Positions 57,476 to 64,000 of a stretch of 64,000 bases of DNA are shown piece after piece. Location: contig NVTY02000019.1 in the NCBI GenBank assembly GCA_002401765.2, forward strand, positions 47,845 through 111,844, given 5' to 3'. The notes beneath the pieces are model-generated. The model ran no database searches. It had not been told where the DNA came from and saw only the letters and a list, made by a program, of their open reading frames with translations. The position numbers were made by a program, and so were the translations under genes. Source of the stretch: Thiotrichaceae bacterium. GTDB lineage: Bacteria > Pseudomonadota > Gammaproteobacteria > SZUA-140. The first letter of the stretch is position 1. Each line of letters starts with the position of its first letter.

Positions 57476-58861
57476 ATGAATGACACTGCTTTTGCATCCC
57501 TTGCACTTCAGCCTACGCTGATCAAAAACCTCTCATCACTTGAATATCTGGAGATGACGCCGATTCAGGCGCAGAGCCTGCCGCATATCCTGGCAGGCAA
57601 AGATGTCATCGGGCAGGGGAAAACCGGCTCAGGTAAGACCGCTGCATTTAGCCTCGGATTGCTTGAAAAATTGAATACAAAGCACTTTCAGGTGCAGGCA
57701 TTGGTGCTGTGTCCGACGCGAGAGTTGGCGGACCAGGTGGCAAAAGAGATTCGCCGGCTGGCGCGCGCCATTCAAAACATTAAAGTACTGACCCTTTGTG
57801 GTGGTGTGCCATTTAAAGCGCAAACAGGTTCGATGGCGCGTGGCGCTCATATTATTGTGGGTACACCGGGGCGCGTAGAAGAGCATGTGCGGCGCGGTAC
57901 ACTCAAGCTGGATGGCTTGAATACATTGGTATTGGATGAGGCCGATCGAATGCTGGATATGGGTTTTCAGCCGTCGTTGGATGTGATCATTGATGGTGCG
58001 CCTAAACAGCGCCAAACCTTGTTGTTTAGCGCGACTTATCCGAATGAGATTAAATCTATCGCTAAACGCATCATGAATAAGCCGGTGGTGGTACAGGTGG
58101 ATGCGACGCATGATAACGAGAGTATCCGTCAGCATCTGTTTAAGGTAGATGCGGGGGGAGGGGCACGCTTTAAGGCATTGCGGTTGCTGTTGCAGCAATA
58201 TCGCCCCGGTTCTACGCTGGTGTTTTGTAACACTAAAAAAGAGACACTAGAGGTTGCTGAGTCCCTTGATGCATTGGGTTTTAGTGCGTTGGCGTTAAAT
58301 GGTGATTTGGAGCAGAAGGATCGCGATCGTATTTTGGTACGTTTTTCTAATAAAAGTGTTTCGATATTGGTGGCGACTGATGTGGCGGCACGAGGGTTGG
58401 ATATCGATGCGCTGGATGCGGTGATTAACTATAATGTTGCGAATGATTTAGAGGTGCATATTCATCGGGTCGGGCGCACTGGGCGTGCGGGCAGTTCGGG
58501 TATCGCCTGTACTTTATTTAGTGAAAATGAGCAGTATAAGATTGAGCGTCTTGAGGCCTATCTGAAACATTCAATCGATGTGGAGGCCTTGCCTTCATTG
58601 AATCTGCTGGATAAGCCTACCTATAAGCCACCGATGGCCACATTGCAAATTGGTGGCGGTAAAAAACAGAAGGTGAGGGCAGGCGACATTCTTGGCGCAC
58701 TGACCGGCGAAGATGGAATTGATGGCAAGCAGGTGGGCAAGATTCAAATCTTTGATCAATGGTCGTATGTCGCCGTTAGTCGAAATGTTGCCAATCATGC
58801 ATTAAATAAATTATCGGCAGGCAAGGTAAAAGGGCGCTCTTTTCGTGTTTTCTTGATGTGA
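57476..58861 (+). CDS. dbpA: ATP-dependent 23S rRNA-specific DEAD-box helicase DbpA
   Basis: Q-motif, GKTGSGKT, DEAD, SAT, HRVGRTGRAG, and the C-terminal DbpA RNA-binding domain (TLQIGGGKKQKVRAGDILGAL). ATG 57476 lies behind a GGAG SD. Confidence 0.85.
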   Translation: MNDTAFASLALQPTLIKNLSSLEYLEMTPIQAQSLPHILAGKDVIGQGKTGSGKTAAFSLGLLEKLNTKHFQVQALVLCPTRELADQVAKEIRRLARAIQNIKVLTLCGGVPFKAQTGSMARGAHIIVGTPGRVEEHVRRGTLKLDGLNTLVLDEADRMLDMGFQPSLDVIIDGAPKQRQTLLFSATYPNEIKSIAKRIMNKPVVVQVDATHDNESIRQHLFKVDAGGGARFKALRLLLQQYRPGSTLVFCNTKKETLEVAESLDALGFSALALNGDLEQKDRDRILVRFSNKSVSILVATDVAARGLDIDALDAVINYNVANDLEVHIHRVGRTGRAGSSGIACTLFSENEQYKIERLEAYLKHSIDVEALPSLNLLDKPTYKPPMATLQIGGGKKQKVRAGDILGALTGEDGIDGKQVGKIQIFDQWSYVAVSRNVANHALNKLSAGKVKGRSFRVFLM

Positions 58862-58889
58862 GTGCGAGGTGGATTGAAGGGTGGCAGGC

Positions 58890-58938
58890 TAAAAAAAGAA
58901 CCCGCGTCTGCTTGGGGAAGTACACGCAGGGCACGGGT
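58890..58938 (-). terminator. Rho-independent terminator for purB (minus strand)
   Basis: On the minus strand: AACCCGTGCCCTGCG...GCAGACGCGGGTT followed by CTTTTTTT. A second perfect hairpin (GAAGGATAAAA...TTTTATCCTTC, 58962-98) lies just upstream of it. Confidence 0.55.
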
Positions 58939-59107
58939 TAAAGTTGCTTTGATGACGCTATGAAGGATAAAACGGGGAGGGAGATGTTTTTATCCTTCGA
59001 GACCTATTATCTGTATTGGTAGATAAAAATCTGTGAGCGATATCGCAATCTTGAGTTTGAGAAGGCATTGCACACCGCATTTGAGTGGTACGCAATGCAG
59101 GTGGTGA

Positions 59108-61134
<2,027 letters not shown>

Positions 61135-61155
61135 CGTGTTTGCCTTGACTGCTAT

Positions 61156-62280
61156 TTAAGGGGTTGAAATATCGGTAAGTGTGTTGCCGATTTGATCGAT
61201 AATACCACCGCCGAGACATTCATCTTGATGGTAAAAAACAATCGACTGTCCCGGGGTGACGGCGCGTTGCGCTTGCTCAAACTGCACAGTCGCAATGCCA
61301 TTTTCAGTCACGCTCATGGTGCAGGGTTGATCCTGCTGGCGGTAACGCACTTTGGCACTGCATTGGTAGGGCGATATGGGCGCTTGCCCACTGACCCAGT
61401 GTAGATCGATTGCATTGAGTACCTGTTTAAACAGCGCGGGATGATCAGTGCCCTGTGCAACCAGTAGTACATTGCGCGCTAAATCTTTATCAACCACATA
61501 CCATGGCTCGCCGCTGCTATCTTCTTTGAGGCCGCCAATTTTCAGCCCCTTTCGTTGGCCGATGGTATGAAACATTAGGCCGTCGTGTTTGCCAATGGTT
61601 TTGCCCTTCAGTGTTTGAATCTCACCCGGTTGTGCTGGCAAGTAGGTATTGAGAAAGGTTTTAAATTCTCGTTGGCCAATGAAGCAGATGCCGGTGCTAT
61701 CTTTTTTGGCATGGTTTTCAAAACCCGCTTTTGCGGCTATTTTTCGCACTTCACTTTTTGGCATGTCACCGAGCGGGAACAGTGCCTTTGAAAGTTGCGC
61801 CTGGCCGAGTGTGTAAAGAAAATAGCTTTGGTCTTTGTTATTGTCTTTGCCTTTTAGCAATTTGAATTGGCCATCTTTTTCAGTGATGCGCGCATAATGC
61901 CCGGTGGCGATTTTATCTGCGCCTTGTCCAATGGCGTAATCAAGGAATGCTTTAAATTTGATCTCTTTATTGCACAGAATATCGGGATTAGGGGTGCGGC
62001 CACTTTTATATTCATCGAGAAAATACTGAAAGACACGGTCCCAATATTCGTTGGCAAAATTGACCGCATCCATCGGAATACCGATTTTATCGCATACCCG
62101 CATCGCGTCGTTGGCGTCGATTGCGGCAGGGCAGGTACCGTCTGGGTCTTTATCTTCCCAGTTTTTCATGAATACGCCGCTGACCGACAGCCCCTGCTGC
62201 TGTAGTAAGAGCGCGGTGACGGATGAATCCACGCCGCCGGACATGCCGACGATGATCTGTTGTGTTGATGGGCTGTTCAT
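61156..62280 (-). CDS. mnmA: tRNA 2-thiouridine(34) synthase
   Basis: PP-loop [18 protein letters not shown], and the DQSYFL and GQRKGL motifs. Confidence 0.9.
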   Translation of the reverse strand: MNSPSTQQIIVGMSGGVDSSVTALLLQQQGLSVSGVFMKNWEDKDPDGTCPAAIDANDAMRVCDKIGIPMDAVNFANEYWDRVFQYFLDEYKSGRTPNPDILCNKEIKFKAFLDYAIGQGADKIATGHYARITEKDGQFKLLKGKDNNKDQSYFLYTLGQAQLSKALFPLGDMPKSEVRKIAAKAGFENHAKKDSTGICFIGQREFKTFLNTYLPAQPGEIQTLKGKTIGKHDGLMFHTIGQRKGLKIGGLKEDSSGEPWYVVDKDLARNVLLVAQGTDHPALFKQVLNAIDLHWVSGQAPISPYQCSAKVRYRQQDQPCTMSVTENGIATVQFEQAQRAVTPGQSIVFYHQDECLGGGIIDQIGNTLTDISTP

Positions 62281-62367
62281 TTGACGAGGTGTGTAACGGT
62301 TAGCTGGTAGCTGAAAACGGGGAATTATAGCAAATATTGTTGTCTTTAGCAGTCTGCTGATTGAAGG

Positions 62368-62904
62368 CTATGGGGTGTCGATGATTCGATATTCGCCGGG
62401 TGTGATTCCTTTGAGGTGCCATTGCCCGATGGTGTTTCGAACCAGGCGTAGCGTCGGAAAGCCGACCGCAGCTGTCATGCGTCGCACTTGGCGGTTTTTA
62501 CCTTCACTGATCTTTATTTCTAGCCATGCCGTTGGGATCTGGGCGCGATAGCGCACCGGTGGCATGCGTGGCCAGATCTCGGGGGGCTTGATGCGGCGAA
62601 CCTTGGCGGGGCGTGTTAAGCCGTCTTTCAGTGTGACTCCTTGGCGAAGCTGGCGTATGGCGTCGTCTGATGGTGTGCCGTCTACCTGTACCCAGTAGCT
62701 CTTTTCCAGTTTGTGTTTTGGATCTGCGATGCGGTGTTGTAGTTTGCCATCGTCAGTGAGCAGTAGTAGCCCCTCGCTGTCTCGGTCGAGACGACCGGCG
62801 GCGTAAACGCGCGGGATGTCGATAAAATCTTTGAGGGTCTTTCGGCCCTCAGTGTCGCTGAACTGCGTGAGTACGTCGTAGGGTTTATTGAATAAAATCA
62901 GCAT
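62368..62904 (-). CDS. rluE: 23S rRNA pseudouridine(2457) synthase RluE
   Basis: Colinear with E. coli RluE: [12 protein letters not shown], catalytic [37 protein letters not shown]. Confidence 0.8.
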   Translation of the reverse strand: MLILFNKPYDVLTQFSDTEGRKTLKDFIDIPRVYAAGRLDRDSEGLLLLTDDGKLQHRIADPKHKLEKSYWVQVDGTPSDDAIRQLRQGVTLKDGLTRPAKVRRIKPPEIWPRMPPVRYRAQIPTAWLEIKISEGKNRQVRRMTAAVGFPTLRLVRNTIGQWHLKGITPGEYRIIDTP

Positions 62905-63112
62905 CTAAATTTGGGCGCGGTGGTGTTCTGTCTGCTGATGGTAGCACTATTGATCGAGCGGGACTGATATTGTGTGAGCAGTCGGTGGGCTAACTGGCCA
63001 CTATTTGCCGCGCATCACAGGCGTGAGCGAGAACGTGCCTCGCTATTCAGATGTAAGCCTATCGCGCATGCGCTTAAGTGATGGTGTTGACTTAAGCGGT
63101 TTGTTGGCGAAG

Positions 63113-63346
63113 TTAATTGAGCTGTTGTTCGTCGTCGCTCTCTTTGTCAGGCTTTATATTCGCAGCAAAGAGGCCTTTGGGGCCCTCTGAGAGCTCAAAT
63201 TCAACCTTTTGGCCGCCTTTGAGTGTTTTGTAGCCGTCGATTGAGATGGCGGAGAAGTGGGCGAAGATATCTTCGCCGCCTTCGTCGGGTGAGATGAAAC
63301 CAAATCCTTTGGTGTTGCTAAACCACTTAACAAGTCCACTAGGCAT
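63113..63346 (-). CDS. cspD: Cold-shock-domain protein, CspD-like
   Basis: [15 protein letters not shown] and IFAHFSAI, with a short acidic C-terminal tail. Divergent from clpS, as in E. coli. ATG 63346 lies behind a GGGAG SD. Confidence 0.75.
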   Translation of the reverse strand: MPSGLVKWFSNTKGFGFISPDEGGEDIFAHFSAISIDGYKTLKGGQKVEFELSEGPKGLFAANIKPDKESDDEQQLN

Positions 63347-63676
63347 AACTATACTCCCTTCCATATTCGAGCATCACTATCTTGTTAGGCATGAACCGGG
63401 GTCGTTTCCGCTGACCGCGTAGTAAAACAATAGTCCAATAAGCAAAATAGTCAAGTACTTCGGGGGTGTCAATTGTGCGTGTGTGGAAGATGAGTGGGGT
63501 GGCTGGATTATTGCTATCATTTTGATGGGGTTGAATTTTTTATTGTATGCCTATATGTCTGTTGTTGGGTGTGATATTTTATGCGCTCAGTAATAACTAA
63601 TTCCCATGCAAAACAAGCTGTTATATATTGTTGTGCGAGTGAGATTTTTGTCGAAATAAGGTATAATAGGGTCGGT

Positions 63677-63997
63677 ATGGAAAAAGAGGATCAACACAGT
63701 TCTGACGATAATTTGGCGCTACAAGAGGCTAAGCCAAAGTTAAAACGTCCGCCACTTTATAAAGTGTTACTGATGAATGATGATTACACGCCAATGGATT
63801 TTGTTGTCCATATTTTGCAGGACCATTTTAGCATGACTAGCGAGAAGGCAACTCAGGTCATGTTGCAGGTGCATACACGGGGGGCTGGCGTTTGTGGCGT
63901 TTTTACACGTGACATCGCTGAAACCAAAGTAGCACTGGTAAATCAATACGCACGCGAAAATCAGCATCCGCTGAAATGCACCATGGAGGAAGCGTAG
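63677..63997 (+). CDS. clpS: ATP-dependent Clp protease adaptor ClpS
   Basis: [25 protein letters not shown] and [27 protein letters not shown] are hallmark ClpS blocks. Confidence 0.9.
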   Translation: MEKEDQHSSDDNLALQEAKPKLKRPPLYKVLLMNDDYTPMDFVVHILQDHFSMTSEKATQVMLQVHTRGAGVCGVFTRDIAETKVALVNQYARENQHPLKCTMEEA

Positions 63998-64000
63998 CGA

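Noticed and set aside
58962-58998. Perfect 11 bp hairpin GAAGGATAAAA-N14-TTTTATCCTTC between dbpA and purB as a possible small RNA or riboswitch
   Set aside because: It stands alone with no flanking conserved structure that I can recognise. It most simply forms part of the convergent terminator region, together with the hairpin at 58898-58938.

Overview
This 64 kb window looks like a chromosomal segment of a gammaproteobacterium. The evidence is synteny: cspD-clpS, purB-hflD-mnmA, mtaD-ubiG-HAD phosphatase, nagZ next to a purine/MTA salvage pair, and rapA-yaeQ. About 90% of it is ordinary core metabolism and housekeeping. I found no rRNA, tRNA, CRISPR array, transposase, integrase or phage genes.

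Four things stand out:
1. A small AT-rich accessory islet at about 38.64-40.79 kb. It starts exactly where an nnrS gene loses its 5' two-thirds. It carries a DUF2778/Tlde1-like L,D-transpeptidase-fold toxin, translationally coupled to a small membrane ORF that may be its immunity protein. It also carries a YHYH-motif secreted protein, a SymE-like toxin remnant, and at least one well-formed integron attC-type recombination site, with no integron integrase in the window. This is my best candidate for something new.
2. A c-di-GMP neighbourhood at 17.7-24.7 kb. An orphan GspE/MshE-family ATPase with an MshEN-like motif sits between a diguanylate cyclase and a CHASE-PAS-GGDEF-EAL protein, with no secretion or pilus machinery nearby.
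3. Two families of MITE-like elements. One has two copies at 44.86 and 55.25 kb. The other has one copy at 13.69 kb with an 8 bp direct repeat on each flank.
4. Two incomplete operons. One is an Opp/Dpp-type ABC cluster with an embedded L,D-transpeptidase and no ATPase genes. The other is a leucine-catabolism-like cluster with no biotin-carboxylase subunit and no isovaleryl-CoA dehydrogenase.

All functional calls come from motif and family recognition by eye on the supplied translations. No database search was possible, so I cannot establish novelty.
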